A stretch of DNA of 64,000 nt from Candidatus Avispirillum sp. (GCA_045597805.1 JAZLKW010000062.1:30083-94082); one strand, 5' to 3'. Shown: positions 22,755-33,071, counted from the stretch's first letter. The notes: generated by a model not told the origin, from the sequence alone. Translations and numbers: made by a program.

Positions 22755-22913
22755 TATTACCTCGTCAAAAAAAAGAAGATAATTTATTGTACTACATTTC
22801 ATTCGATATTTCAACACATTTAATGACAAAATTTGATTTTTTCTTTATTTTTTTCTGTTAAATGTAAACATATGAGATATTGATGATCAGAACATAAAAG
22901 TTCCTAAATCAGT

Positions 22914-22942
22914 TTGACATTCCCTCTTCCTTATGGTATAAT
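22914..22942 (+). promoter_or_regulatory. sigma-A promoter of asnA
   Basis: TTGACA-17 bp-TATAAT with TGn extension. Confidence 0.8.
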
Positions 22943-22970
22943 CTCTGTATTATTGTTCGGGAGGTTTACT

Positions 22971-23978
22971 ATGAACAAGACTTATATACCCGCCGGTTAC
23001 CGTGCCGTTCTTGATGAATATGACACCCAGAGAGCCATAGCTTACATAAAAAACACATTCCAGCAGGAGTTTTCCGAGGCGCTCAATTTGAAGCGTGTGT
23101 CCGCGCCGCTTTTCGTTACGGAGTCCTCCGGCCTTAATGATAATCTGAACGGATACGAACGTCCCGTGTCCTTCGACGTGCCTGCGATCGGTGCAGATGC
23201 ACAGGTTGTTCATTCTCTCGCAAAATGGAAGCGTCTTGCGCTGAAGCGCTACAACTTCAGCGTCGGCAAGGGGCTCTACACTGACATGAATGCGATCAGA
23301 CGTGATGAGGAGCTTGATAATATTCACTCCATATACGTTGACCAGTGGGACTGGGAAAAAATCATTACCCGTGAAAACCGTAATCTTGATTTCTTAAAGC
23401 TCATAGTGCGTGCAATAGTAAACTCCATCTGTGCTACAAACGATCGTCTGCATGTGCGCTTTCCCCAGCTTTCCGCAGATCTTTCCCCAGAGGTTTCATT
23501 TATTACGACTCAGGAGCTGGAGGATATGTATCCCGATCTCTCTTCCTCAGAGAGAGAGAACGAGTATCTCAAAGAACACAAAACTGCCTGTATCATGCAG
23601 ATCGGTAAGGTCCTCCGCTCCGGCAAGCCTCATGACGGACGCGCTCCCGACTACGACGACTGGGATCTGAACTGTGACATTTTTTTCTGGAACAAAACGC
23701 TCAACCGTGCTTTTGAAGTATCATCAATGGGCATCCGCGTGGATGCGGAATCTCTCGACCGCCAGCTTACTGCCGCAGGATGTGATGACCGCAGGTCACT
23801 TCCCTTCCACAAAATGCTTCTGAATGATGAGCTGCCCCTCACCATAGGCGGCGGTATCGGACAGTCCAGGCTCTGTATGCTCATGATGGGCTGTGCTCAC
23901 ATCGGCGAGGTCCAATCAAGCATCTGGGACAAGGATACCGTTGAAAAATGTGCCGAAGCCGGCATCAGACTTCTCTGA
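22971..23978 (+). CDS. asnA: aspartate-ammonia ligase
   Basis: VVHSLAKWKR, YVDQWDWE, HDGRAPDYDDW, TIGGGIGQSR. Confidence 0.97.
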   Translation: MNKTYIPAGYRAVLDEYDTQRAIAYIKNTFQQEFSEALNLKRVSAPLFVTESSGLNDNLNGYERPVSFDVPAIGADAQVVHSLAKWKRLALKRYNFSVGKGLYTDMNAIRRDEELDNIHSIYVDQWDWEKIITRENRNLDFLKLIVRAIVNSICATNDRLHVRFPQLSADLSPEVSFITTQELEDMYPDLSSSERENEYLKEHKTACIMQIGKVLRSGKPHDGRAPDYDDWDLNCDIFFWNKTLNRAFEVSSMGIRVDAESLDRQLTAAGCDDRRSLPFHKMLLNDELPLTIGGGIGQSRLCMLMMGCAHIGEVQSSIWDKDTVEKCAEAGIRLL

Positions 23979-23987
23979 TCATATATC

Positions 23988-24025
23988 AAAGAAACGCCCG
24001 ATGAAACATCATCGGGCGTTTCTTT
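23988..24025. terminator. bidirectional terminator
   Basis: AAAGAAACGCCCGATGA-AACA-TCATCGGGCGTTTCTTT. Confidence 0.85.
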
Positions 24026-24037
24026 ATCTGCGTACGT

Positions 24038-24610
24038 TCAAACACTGAGGTCAAAAGTAAAACCGCAGGCAATTCCTATTATAGCACAAAGGCAGATAAT
24101 AAATATCGGGTGAACCTTTCTGAACGCAAGAATGGCGCACAAGGCAGTTATGGCCGCAGATATATAAAAACCGGTATCTTGGAATACAGCAAGTGAATAT
24201 CCGTCTGGAAACAGCACTGTCGTCCCCACTGAGACGATCGCTGAGCCGATAAGACCGATAACGGCGGGCTTGAGCCCCGACATAACGCCCTTTACGGTGC
24301 TGTTTTCCTTGAATTTTTCGTAGCATTGGGCCACGATAAGGATAATGATAAAGGACGGCAGGACAACACCGAGGGTCGCGCAAACTGCGCCCGGCAAACC
24401 TGCGACAGTCCTTCCCACGTACGTGGATATGTTCACCGCAAACGGTCCGGGCGTGCTTTCGCTGACCGCGACGAAATTGATGAGCTCGGCTTTATCTATC
24501 CAGCCCATCCTCTCCACCTCGGACTGTATGAGGGGGAGCATGGCGTAACCTCCGCCGAAGGTAAAGGCGCCTATCTTGAAAAAGGTCCAGAACAGTACGA
24601 GATAGATCAT
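24038..24610 (-). CDS. short-chain chromate transporter (CHR family)
   Basis: FFKIGAFTFGGGYAM, ESTPGP. Confidence 0.92.
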   Translation of the reverse strand: MIYLVLFWTFFKIGAFTFGGGYAMLPLIQSEVERMGWIDKAELINFVAVSESTPGPFAVNISTYVGRTVAGLPGAVCATLGVVLPSFIIILIVAQCYEKFKENSTVKGVMSGLKPAVIGLIGSAIVSVGTTVLFPDGYSLAVFQDTGFYISAAITALCAILAFRKVHPIFIICLCAIIGIACGFTFDLSV

Positions 24611-25170
24611 CCGGCTTTCCTCCTTATCATCACGGAGGAAATAAGCCCTATGACGGCACAGCCAATTATTATCCAGAGAACGTTGATCTTAAGGAACGCC
24701 GCCGCGATGAAGCTCAGCGCCATCACGATATATGCGACAGCGCCCTTTTTACACTGCTTATACATGGACCACAGTGCTTTGAGAATAAGAGCAAGAACGC
24801 CTGCACGGATCCCGAAAAAAGCGTATTTCACCGCCTGCAGGCTCTCAAATCGACTCAGAACAAAAGATATGGTGAAGATTATAAGGAAAGACGGGAAAAC
24901 GACACCGAAGGTAGCTGCCGCAGCGCCGAAAAAGCCGCAGGTCTTATATCCCACGAAAGTTGCCGTATTTATCGCTAAAGGTCCGGGAGTTGATTCTGCA
25001 ATGGCGATAATATCGAGAATATCCTCGTTGCTGACCCACTTTTTCTTTTCTGACGTCTCTTTCTGAATGAGCGGTATCATTGCATATCCGCCGCCGAAGG
25101 TGAACGCTCCGATCTTCATAAAGGTCAGAAGAAGCTCAAATATCAGTTTCAGCCTGTTCTTTTTCTGCAT
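24607..25170 (-). CDS. short-chain chromate transporter (CHR family), partner subunit
   Basis: KIGAFTFGGGYAM, AESTPGP; overlaps the next gene. Confidence 0.92.
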   Translation of the reverse strand: MQKKNRLKLIFELLLTFMKIGAFTFGGGYAMIPLIQKETSEKKKWVSNEDILDIIAIAESTPGPLAINTATFVGYKTCGFFGAAAATFGVVFPSFLIIFTISFVLSRFESLQAVKYAFFGIRAGVLALILKALWSMYKQCKKGAVAYIVMALSFIAAAFLKINVLWIIIGCAVIGLISSVMIRRKAG

Positions 25171-25171
25171 T

Positions 25172-25849
25172 TCAGTCGTATCTTTTCCTGTATTCTGCCA
25201 TAGTCTTCGCAAACAGCTCGCCATTTGCGGGAGGGGTATAGGTTATGGAGTTTGCGCCGGCCTCTATGGTCCTGATAATAGATTCGTCAGTACTTCCGCC
25301 GGTAGCGATAATGGGGATATCCGGGTGCTTTTTTCTGATGCTTTCCACCACGGCGGGAGTTTTCTGTGCGGCGGAAATGTTCAGTATATCAGCTCCCGCG
25401 CTGATCCTTTCGTCTATATCCTGCTTTTCGGACACGACTGTCGCCAATACGGGAATATCGACAACCTTCTTTATCCTTTCGATGATCTCCGGAGGGATGG
25501 GAGCGTTTACGACAACGCCGAACGCGCCCTGATTTTCCGCTTCGACCGCGAGCCTTACCGATCTGTCGCCGGAGGTGAGCCCGCCGCCGACACCCACGAA
25601 CACCGGGGCGTCCGCTACGGATATAATTGCGCTCGCAATCGAGGGCTGAGGCGTGAACGGATAGACCGCGATGACCGCGTCAGTATTGATATTCTTGATT
25701 ATCGCAACGTCGGTGGAGAACACGAGAGATTTGATCCTTCTGCCGAAAATGCTGATACCGCTGCATTGATATATAGAGGAGGGTACGTCAAGCATATGGC
25801 TTCGCAGGGTACCTTTATATCTCGGGATTATTTTACTTTTCTGTTCCAT
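25172..25849 (-). CDS. conserved TIM-barrel protein (phosphate-binding barrel), function unknown
   Basis: VYPFTPQ, VGVGGGLT, PIIATGG, AGANSI. Confidence 0.6.
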   Translation of the reverse strand: MEQKSKIIPRYKGTLRSHMLDVPSSIYQCSGISIFGRRIKSLVFSTDVAIIKNINTDAVIAVYPFTPQPSIASAIISVADAPVFVGVGGGLTSGDRSVRLAVEAENQGAFGVVVNAPIPPEIIERIKKVVDIPVLATVVSEKQDIDERISAGADILNISAAQKTPAVVESIRKKHPDIPIIATGGSTDESIIRTIEAGANSITYTPPANGELFAKTMAEYRKRYD

Positions 25850-25855
25850 CGTCCG

Positions 25856-26182
25856 TTACATTTTTTCGAAGTGAGTCACGTCCGTGATGAAAACGGTGGC
25901 ACCTCCTACGGGTACTGTCACGGGAGACGGGGTGATAAAGGACACGGACTCGCCGTAAGGAGCGTCGGGAACGGCCTCAACCCTCTGTGCGGAGTTCTTT
26001 CTTATTATGCCCAGAGCTCCCTCCACTTTTTCATCTTCAATGCCGATCAGGAGCGTTACGTTTCCTGTACGGAGAAAGCCGCCGGAGGTGGCGATCTTCG
26101 TGAAATAGAATCCGGCTTCAGACAGAGAATGGCAAACCTCGCCGGAATCTCTTTTGTTGATTATGGCTGTGATCAGTTTCAT
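25856..26182 (-). CDS. darA: PII-like cyclic-di-AMP receptor (DarA/PstA/YaaQ)
   Basis: MKLITAII, TKIATSGGFLRTGNVTLLIG, VGGATVF. Confidence 0.9.
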   Translation of the reverse strand: MKLITAIINKRDSGEVCHSLSEAGFYFTKIATSGGFLRTGNVTLLIGIEDEKVEGALGIIRKNSAQRVEAVPDAPYGESVSFITPSPVTVPVGGATVFITDVTHFEKM

Positions 26183-26195
26183 CGTTTTCCTCCAA

Positions 26196-27368
26196 TCAAA
26201 AGTCAAGATTATCTATTCTGCCTACAAGCTCGCAGAGCTTCTGTCTGCAGTGTTCTACGGTGGCTTTTTCTTTATCGGTCATAGCGTCACCGCGGCGTGC
26301 GAAGTGTCGGAGCAGTCTGAGGTATGAAATAATCTTTGCCTTGTCCTCCACCTCGGCGATCCTTCTTTTGTCCTCCGTACCGAGGTACAGAGCTATCGAC
26401 CTTTCCCAAACGTATTTTGCCAAATCACCGGGCATTTTGAGAAATTTCTCCACCATGGCGGGATCGTGCTCGCCGAAGCCAACGAAGGTGATATACATAT
26501 TGGCAAGCTCGAATACGGGATGACCGTGACTGAGGGTATCCATATCGATGAGAAGCGTTTCACCGTTCTGATTCATAACATTGTTGGTATGGTAATCGCA
26601 ATGAAGCATATTCATGGTGTCGGGGGTCTCGTCGATAAGCTTTGTCAGCTTCTCTTTCACGGCGCTGTCAAGATACGGTGCCGCGGTATCGAGCCAGTCG
26701 CGCACGTATATCTTCATATCCGGCATATCCTCCGCGCGCACGACTGTGGAATGTATCTTTTTCAGAAGCCCGACGAAATCCTCTATGTACTCGTCCTTGT
26801 TCTCGGGGTGGTTGCACAGCAGCTCCGAATAGGATTTCGCCGAAAGAAGCTCGAAAACGGAGCCGTATTTGTCTCCGACCTTTACAACATCATAAGACAT
26901 GGCTGTAGGAATACCAAGCACGAAGGCACATCTGGCAAGCCGTCTCTCGTTATTTATATCCGGCAGGCAGTCAGCGCTTTTATACACCTTGACTATGGTA
27001 TCGGGGCTGTATCTGTATACTATTCCCTTCGCGCCCTCTCCGATGATCTCGCATCCATCTACGGAAAGCTCTCTGTACGCCTTTTCCACGGTCATCATTT
27101 CGGTGAACCCCGTCATCTCCAGAATATCGTATATGTCCGGGGTGACGTTCACAATCTTCAGCCCGGGCTCTTCCTTTTTGAGTCTCAGTATAACTCGCAG
27201 TCCGGCACTGGATAAGTATTCGATATCTCCTGCGTCGAGGACAAAGCCCTCATGGGGATTTTCGCCGCGTATTTTCTCAGCCTCAGCACATACCTCTTCG
27301 GAGTTGGACGAATCTATCCTGCCAGCGGGAAAAAGCGTTAGTATTCCGTTTTCTGTATGGAAAAACAT
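26196..27368 (-). CDS. STAS (anti-anti-sigma) domain fused to APH-like phosphotransferase
   Basis: GRIDSSN, YLSSAGLRV, EMTGF; then IGEGAKG, HCDYHTNN, LIDMD. Confidence 0.85.
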   Translation of the reverse strand: MFFHTENGILTLFPAGRIDSSNSEEVCAEAEKIRGENPHEGFVLDAGDIEYLSSAGLRVILRLKKEEPGLKIVNVTPDIYDILEMTGFTEMMTVEKAYRELSVDGCEIIGEGAKGIVYRYSPDTIVKVYKSADCLPDINNERRLARCAFVLGIPTAMSYDVVKVGDKYGSVFELLSAKSYSELLCNHPENKDEYIEDFVGLLKKIHSTVVRAEDMPDMKIYVRDWLDTAAPYLDSAVKEKLTKLIDETPDTMNMLHCDYHTNNVMNQNGETLLIDMDTLSHGHPVFELANMYITFVGFGEHDPAMVEKFLKMPGDLAKYVWERSIALYLGTEDKRRIAEVEDKAKIISYLRLLRHFARRGDAMTDKEKATVEHCRQKLCELVGRIDNLDF

Positions 27369-28133
27369 TTATATAGCCTCGTTCTTGTCCTTCTGAATAA
27401 GCGTTCTCACCGCTTCGACAGCGGTGGATATGGAGCGGCTGTTATCATGGATCTCAGGATTTGACAGTCCAAGTCTTGCTCTCTCCTGGTTCCACACCAC
27501 GGAAAATACGGACCCTGCCCTGGCGCGCAGCACGGAGCAAACCACGAACAGCGCGGCGCTCTCCATTTCCGATGCGAGACATCCGGCAGATATCCAGGCT
27601 CTCCATTTATCGTTAAGTTCGTACCCCACGGGCATTCGGTCCGGGTCGTGCTGCCCGTAAAATGAATCCTTGCATTGAACGACACCGGCATAACTTGTAT
27701 GACCCAGCTTTTTCGCCGCACCCACAAGAGCGTTAGTCACGTCAAGGTCCGGGACAGCCGGGAATTCTATGGGAACGTATTCCTTCGTGGTGCCCTCCAT
27801 GCGGATTGCACCCGTAGCGATGACTATATCTCCGCCCACGATATCCTTCTGCATGGCACCGCATGTGCCCACTCGAATAAAGGTATCAACGCCGGTCCGA
27901 AAGAGCTCTTCCACGCCGATGGCGGTAGAGGGGCCGCCCATACCGGTAGACATGACAAGGACCTTTTCGCCTTCTAGCTCGCCGAGCCATGTTGTATATT
28001 CTCTCTGTCTGCAGTGGAACCGGGGATTATCAAGATATCCTGCTATCTCCTCGACTCTGCCGGGATCCCCGGGAAGGATTGCATATCTGGCACCGTGGCC
28101 TTCGTCAAAGCCTATGTGATAGGATTTTTCCAT
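27369..28133 (-). CDS. udp: uridine phosphorylase
   Basis: [35 protein letters not shown]. Confidence 0.93.
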   Translation of the reverse strand: MEKSYHIGFDEGHGARYAILPGDPGRVEEIAGYLDNPRFHCRQREYTTWLGELEGEKVLVMSTGMGGPSTAIGVEELFRTGVDTFIRVGTCGAMQKDIVGGDIVIATGAIRMEGTTKEYVPIEFPAVPDLDVTNALVGAAKKLGHTSYAGVVQCKDSFYGQHDPDRMPVGYELNDKWRAWISAGCLASEMESAALFVVCSVLRARAGSVFSVVWNQERARLGLSNPEIHDNSRSISTAVEAVRTLIQKDKNEAI

Positions 28134-28205
28134 AGTTTCCTCCGTATCGGCACATATTTACAATATTATTATATCATAAATCCCTGTGGGAATCAAATAG
28201 ATTTT

Positions 28206-28976
28206 TTATTTTTTATACTGCTCTGCGTATTTTTCGCAGGATCTGGTCATTTCGCATGAAAAGTCTGAATTATATTTTCTGTCGCAGAATTTTTTCATCC
28301 ATTCATCATAGCTAAGCATGCCTCTGCGGTGGTCGAACATACTGCGGTAATCCTCTCCCGTTCTTTCCGGGTAGTGATTTTCAGCCACCAGATGACCCAT
28401 ATCGACACGTACCGGCTTTTTTCTCGTTTCCTGCCCCTTTGCGGGATAGCCGAACACTACCATTACCGCCGGAACCGTATAGTCGGGAAGCTTCAGTAAT
28501 TCTCTGTGCTTTTCGTAACGCTCGAGGATATCCCCAATGTAACATGAGCCCACGCCAAGGCTCCACGCGGCGGTGACTGCGTTCTGCGCGGCGATGGCGG
28601 CATCTGTCACGGCAAGGAGCAAGTCTCCCATACCGGGCTTCCTCGGATCGCACCCCGCCTCACGGAATGCATCGTACCACTTTCTGCAATCGGCACAGAA
28701 CACAAGCACCAGAGGTGCCTCAGCGATAAAAGGCTGATCATCGCAGGTAACGGCTAGTGTATCCTTTATGCTCTGGTCAGTCACATCAATGATCGTATAA
28801 AGCTGCTGGCACCCCGCTGACGGAGCCTCCGCTGCGGACAGAAGTATCGCGCGCTTCACGTCGTCCGGAACGGGCTTTTTCTCGAATACCCTCACGGATC
28901 TTCTTGAAAGCAGTTCTTTAACGGTATCGGATGAATCCCGAAGCAACTCTTCCCTGTCTTTTTCGTATACTGTCAT
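28206..28976 (-). CDS. nitroreductase family (NfsA-like)
   Basis: RRSVRVF, APSAGCQQ, DAAIAAQN, LGVGSCYIG. Confidence 0.9.
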   Translation of the reverse strand: MTVYEKDREELLRDSSDTVKELLSRRSVRVFEKKPVPDDVKRAILLSAAEAPSAGCQQLYTIIDVTDQSIKDTLAVTCDDQPFIAEAPLVLVFCADCRKWYDAFREAGCDPRKPGMGDLLLAVTDAAIAAQNAVTAAWSLGVGSCYIGDILERYEKHRELLKLPDYTVPAVMVVFGYPAKGQETRKKPVRVDMGHLVAENHYPERTGEDYRSMFDHRRGMLSYDEWMKKFCDRKYNSDFSCEMTRSCEKYAEQYKK

Positions 28977-29243
28977 GGTCTGTCTCCTTTTTATATTACT
29001 CTTTAATTGTATCACGTTTTGAAGAGATATTCAACATAACGTACATATTCGCAAACGCTCCCCCGGGGCTTCAATTCACTACCGCTTCCCTTCAAGTCCT
29101 TTCATCTCAACAAAATCAAAATATGGCAGGCACAAGCCTGCCATATTTTGATGTCTAAGAACGACTAAACATAGCGAAATCAAGCTAAAAAAGCGAAAAA
29201 GAACACTTGCTCTTCTGCTCGACAAACCGGGATTTGTCTAAAT

Positions 29244-29879
29244 CTATTTTAATATCCACGTTTCCCCAGTTGGTGAAATAAAGATTCCGCCTTGAATCGT
29301 TTTTGTGATTTCACCATTAATATTTCGTATAACAGTTTCTTCTCGATATTCTGGATCTTCAATCCATTTTGAGAATACCCATTCATTATCCTTCCTATAG
29401 ATAAACGACTCCGTTTCACCCATTTCGAATGATACCTTCTCTGGCCAAATGACTTCAAATTCATTCTCTGCCCCCTGTCTGGTTATCATTAAAGGTTCAC
29501 CTTTCAAAAGCAGGTTATAACAATCTTTTACTTCTAACAATGATAATTCCACATGAACAGAGATATTCTGAAAATTATCACCACAGTCAAATACCTGTAT
29601 GATTTGCTTATTGAAATCCACAAGCAGAATATATATGACGCCATCAATCTGGGTTGGTCTTCCGAAATACTGGTTTTCGTTTAAAATAATTGGTTCAAAC
29701 AATTTTCCATCAGGTTGATGAACAAATATCAACCTATTGCTTCTGAACGTTCCCCCACTATTGTAAACTTCCTCTGCTTCATACAAATCACCACATGAAT
29801 AATCTGTACCACAATACCAGTCGCTGTTTTCTGCCAAAAGTTCTATATATGCAATTCCTTTTGTTTCGATAACTTTCAT
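29244..29879 (-). CDS. hypothetical protein (AT-rich, cassette-like)
   Basis: 211-aa ORF with AGAGGTG RBS; visibly lower GC than its neighbours. Confidence 0.75.
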   Translation of the reverse strand: MKVIETKGIAYIELLAENSDWYCGTDYSCGDLYEAEEVYNSGGTFRSNRLIFVHQPDGKLFEPIILNENQYFGRPTQIDGVIYILLVDFNKQIIQVFDCGDNFQNISVHVELSLLEVKDCYNLLLKGEPLMITRQGAENEFEVIWPEKVSFEMGETESFIYRKDNEWVFSKWIEDPEYREETVIRNINGEITKTIQGGIFISPTGETWILK

Positions 29880-29940
29880 TTTACACCTCTACAAATTCTG
29901 ATTTGTTGAGGGTTATTATAACAGTTTCTTGGTAATAAAT

Positions 29941-30146
29941 CAAGGCGTAGCCTTGTATCTCATCAGCCCGCAAGGGCTGTATATCATCACGGCGAAGCCG
30001 TGCATATCATCAATCCCGCAGGGATTGTATATCATCAAGCCGCAGGAAATACACGCTGACGCGTGATGAGATGCACAGGCGGCGCACCCGCCTGCGATGA
30101 TATACCGCCTGACGGCGGATGATATACCAAGCCGACTGCGGCTTGG
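29941..30146. repeat. REP/BIME-like array of short hairpins joined by 8-nt linkers
   Basis: Hairpins separated by TATCTCAT/TATATCAT/CATATCAT on the left and the reverse-complement ATGAGATG/ATGATATA on the right. Confidence 0.8.
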
Positions 30147-30179
30147 ATAAAAAAACCACTTGCGCCGCAAGTGATTTTT

Positions 30180-30262
30180 TGGTGCGGGCGACAGGACTTG
30201 AACCTGCACGTGATAAACACCAGATCCTAAATCTGGCGCGTCTGCCATTCCGCCACGCCCGC
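30180..30262 (-). tRNA. tRNA-Leu (TAG)
   Basis: Reverse strand GCGGGCGTGGCGGAATGGCAGACGCG-CCAGA-TTTAGGA-TCTGG, long variable arm, GGTTCAAGTCC, CGCCCGC-A-CCA. Confidence 0.96.
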
Positions 30263-30338
30263 ATACCTTGCTATTCTATCATATCATTCTTTCTCTGTCA
30301 AGAAAAAACGGTGTCATATCACCGCTTTTTCTCATATT

Positions 30339-31061
30339 TCAGTGTGTTTTCAGTTCCCGACCCACGTAAGCGAAGCCTTCGACTTTGGTCCCGTCTTTAT
30401 TATAAAGGATCCCGTCCTCGGAATAGAAGTTCTTATTCTTTTCATCACAGATGACGTAGACACGCGGACAGTATGCCGCTTTTCTTCCGTCTTTCAGGTC
30501 AAACAGATATACGTCGTCAAAAGCGTCTATATTCTTGATGTTCTTCCCTATATGCAGAGTGAAATCGTCATAGATGACCTCATCGAATACGTCGTCGCCC
30601 TCCGCTGTTGACGCAAATGATCCGACACCGGTCCCGTAGAACTCGTCCGTTGACTTGTCGGTCAGCTCCCTTATTTTGGGATTGTATTCGTACTGTATAC
30701 GGAAAGGGGACGGTGAACCTCTGCCGATATAGCCGCCGAGCTCCTTTATTTTTATGCCGTCGTATTCGTCGGGGATATAGATATCACGTTCGGTACTGCC
30801 CCGTTCCACCGTGTATGACGTGACCGCCGCGTGATTCTGCCCGAGGATCTTATGTATTCCCCAGTAGTATCCGTATGCGACGGTACAGTTTTCGTACTCG
30901 GCACTATTACCGTAAGTATCGGCACAGAAAAATAGCATGAAAGCGCTGAAAATCGTAACGGGGATAAGCGCTATAATCAGCACGGTAATGCCTATGATCT
31001 TGCCCAGCTTGCTCTTTTTCGGAGTTTCCACAGCAACATTTTCGTCGGTTTTTTCGGTCAT
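30339..31061 (-). CDS. hypothetical membrane-anchored protein
   Basis: One N-terminal TM helix; C-terminal FYSEDGILYNKDGT resembles BspA-type LRR-associated motifs. Confidence 0.65.
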   Translation of the reverse strand: MTEKTDENVAVETPKKSKLGKIIGITVLIIALIPVTIFSAFMLFFCADTYGNSAEYENCTVAYGYYWGIHKILGQNHAAVTSYTVERGSTERDIYIPDEYDGIKIKELGGYIGRGSPSPFRIQYEYNPKIRELTDKSTDEFYGTGVGSFASTAEGDDVFDEVIYDDFTLHIGKNIKNIDAFDDVYLFDLKDGRKAAYCPRVYVICDEKNKNFYSEDGILYNKDGTKVEGFAYVGRELKTH

Positions 31062-31088
31062 TTCAAGCCCTCCGGTGCGTACCGTACT

Positions 31089-31607
31089 TTACAGTTTGAA
31101 CTTAAATCTCTTTCTGAGTCGGATTATATATACAGATATGAACGTTGTCAGCGCCACATCGAATACTACAAAAAACACGTTCGCAAAGACGTACACCGCC
31201 ATGCTGAGCGCCGCCCAGTCCTCGTCAATGACGAGCAGGTATTTCGCGGTAAGCAGGCACAGAGTAAGCATACCGTTGAAATACAAAAGCTTTATCACCC
31301 ATGCGGGAATTTTCGGTAATCTTTCGACGTACGACTTGATTATAGGATAAATACCTCCTAAAACTATATATTCCAGGGCGGGAAATTTATCCGGTAGAAG
31401 GAGCAGAGACAATACACCCGTCACCGCCGCCACCAGCCACGGCCATATGCCTCCCATCTCTATGACGGCAAAGGCGCAGCCCAGGGCACCGAGCGTTACG
31501 GCGCACAGGTCGAGCACGCCGGTCAGCGTTCCCAGGTACAAAAGGACAAAGCTGAGCGCCGCCAACATCGCGGACACGGCGATTTTTTTCGTGTTGTTCC
31601 CTTTCAT
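31089..31607 (-). CDS. conserved membrane protein
   Basis: 172 aa, about five hydrophobic helices, in an operon with the J-domain gene. Confidence 0.7.
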   Translation of the reverse strand: MKGNNTKKIAVSAMLAALSFVLLYLGTLTGVLDLCAVTLGALGCAFAVIEMGGIWPWLVAAVTGVLSLLLLPDKFPALEYIVLGGIYPIIKSYVERLPKIPAWVIKLLYFNGMLTLCLLTAKYLLVIDEDWAALSMAVYVFANVFFVVFDVALTTFISVYIIRLRKRFKFKL

Positions 31608-31608
31608 G

Positions 31609-32232
31609 TCAGCAGCAGCGGATCAGATCTCCGCCCATGCACTCACAGCAGCAGTCCATGCAGTACAGAGTCTGGCATATGGAGCAGATATCACAGTCGG
31701 AGGGATTATTGGTATTATACCCCGTGTTGTAACCCGTTCCGAAGCCGCCGGCTCTGGAGCTCATCTGGTCACGTACGTTTCTGTACTCCATATTGCCGGG
31801 ATCCATATAGCAGGCGGTCTCGATATACTTCTGCGCGTCGAAGAAATGCCCTCTCTGTACCAGCACGCACGCCTTCAGGAAATTCCATTCGGCGTTCCTG
31901 TCGGTAACGGACATGGAGTCAAGCCTCAGCTCCGCCTCGGAATATCTGCGCTGGTTTATAAGGTTTCTGATCTCGATGAATCTGGCGTCGGTGGTAGTGC
32001 CGCCGCCGTAGTTATACGAGGAGGACTGCCCCGAGCCCTTTCCCGATCTTTCGTTCTGTATCTGATCGTAGGCCTCGTTGATCTCCTTCATTTTCTCTTC
32101 AGCGAGATCGGCAAGGTTGGAATCGGTATAGTTATCGGGGTGGTATTTGCGGGCAAGCGTTCTGTACGCTTTCTTTATCTCCTCGTCAGAGGCATATCTC
32201 GTTACACCCAGGACCTTATAGGGATCGGTCAT
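31609..32232 (-). CDS. J-domain (DnaJ-like) protein with TPR-like segment and Cys-rich tail
   Basis: DPYKVLG..IKKAYR..YHPD..INEAY; C-terminal [25 protein letters not shown]. Confidence 0.9.
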   Translation of the reverse strand: MTDPYKVLGVTRYASDEEIKKAYRTLARKYHPDNYTDSNLADLAEEKMKEINEAYDQIQNERSGKGSGQSSSYNYGGGTTTDARFIEIRNLINQRRYSEAELRLDSMSVTDRNAEWNFLKACVLVQRGHFFDAQKYIETACYMDPGNMEYRNVRDQMSSRAGGFGTGYNTGYNTNNPSDCDICSICQTLYCMDCCCECMGGDLIRCC

Positions 32233-33071
32233 TTTCTTTCCTTTCCGCCGAAGAGCGCGTCCGCGTTTTTCGGCAAGCCTTCATACACTATATTTGTTAT
32301 TATTCCCTCGAGCTCCGGTTTCCCGTAAAAATCCATGAGGTTTACGGCGGCCTCCATTTTTTCAAGCTCGAGCCGCACCGCACAGGACAGTGCTTCACTT
32401 TCGACAGGTTCTATGTTCAGCGGGTTATAGTTCCCAGTCTTTTTGTCTTTTTCCTTATCGTCCGCCGCGTCCATAACGTAAATGTATCTGCCGGCACTTT
32501 TGCCGATCACTGCGGCGATACGCGCTTCGTCCTCCGGCAGCCCGTACGAGAACACGGAGGAAAGCATTTCTCCGAACGCATCTGCGGGATCGTCGATGGA
32601 CGGGCATCCGGCCGCTTCGATATCGGAAAGCTTATCAAGAAATGCGTAAATTTTCTCTTTCGGCACACCGGTTTTCTTCAGCGCCCTTTTCTCAATGGAG
32701 CGGGCGATGGGCCTGAAGCACACCTGACCCAGCTTTTTCAGGCCCTTTGTGTCTTTTATGTCGTCTTCGTTCTTTGCCGCTATCAGCACGGCAGATGCCG
32801 CGGCGCAGTATTTCATCGAGGGACTGTCACATACGCAGGTCCTTTTTTTCAGCGGATGCAACATACACCGGTGCAGTTCGGGACAGACCGTGTCCTTTTC
32901 TAGGACCGCTCTCACCGCCGCGAGGAAAACGAAATCGTAGCTCAGGGTCATTCTCGAAAGAGCTCCCGTGTGTTTTCCCATGGAGCGGCAAAGACCGCAG
33001 TAAAGCCCGCGATACATCTCATGCTCGCGTACTCTCAGATCCGGTATATAGGGTTTTATATATCCGAACAT
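32229..33071 (-). CDS. DUF5685 family protein
   Basis: [30 protein letters not shown]...GNYNP; usual neighbour of this J-domain gene. Confidence 0.8.
   Translation of the reverse strand: MFGYIKPYIPDLRVREHEMYRGLYCGLCRSMGKHTGALSRMTLSYDFVFLAAVRAVLEKDTVCPELHRCMLHPLKKRTCVCDSPSMKYCAAASAVLIAAKNEDDIKDTKGLKKLGQVCFRPIARSIEKRALKKTGVPKEKIYAFLDKLSDIEAAGCPSIDDPADAFGEMLSSVFSYGLPEDEARIAAVIGKSAGRYIYVMDAADDKEKDKKTGNYNPLNIEPVESEALSCAVRLELEKMEAAVNLMDFYGKPELEGIITNIVYEGLPKNADALFGGKERK

Noticed and set aside
22755..22913. Purine riboswitch upstream of xpt
   Set aside because: Expected by context, but the conserved aptamer motifs and an attenuator hairpin are not visible.
19812..26284. Long opposite-strand ORFs (19812-20804, 20925-22085, 25067-26284; likewise 40530-41819)
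   Set aside because: They are antisense shadows of well-supported genes and show no recognisable motifs.
29941..30146. CRISPR array
   Set aside because: The constant part is only 8 nt, the variable parts are self-complementary, and the two halves are inverted.
29940..30454. Short ORFs overlapping tRNA-Leu and the hairpin array
   Set aside because: They translate through an RNA gene and repeats, with no protein-like features.
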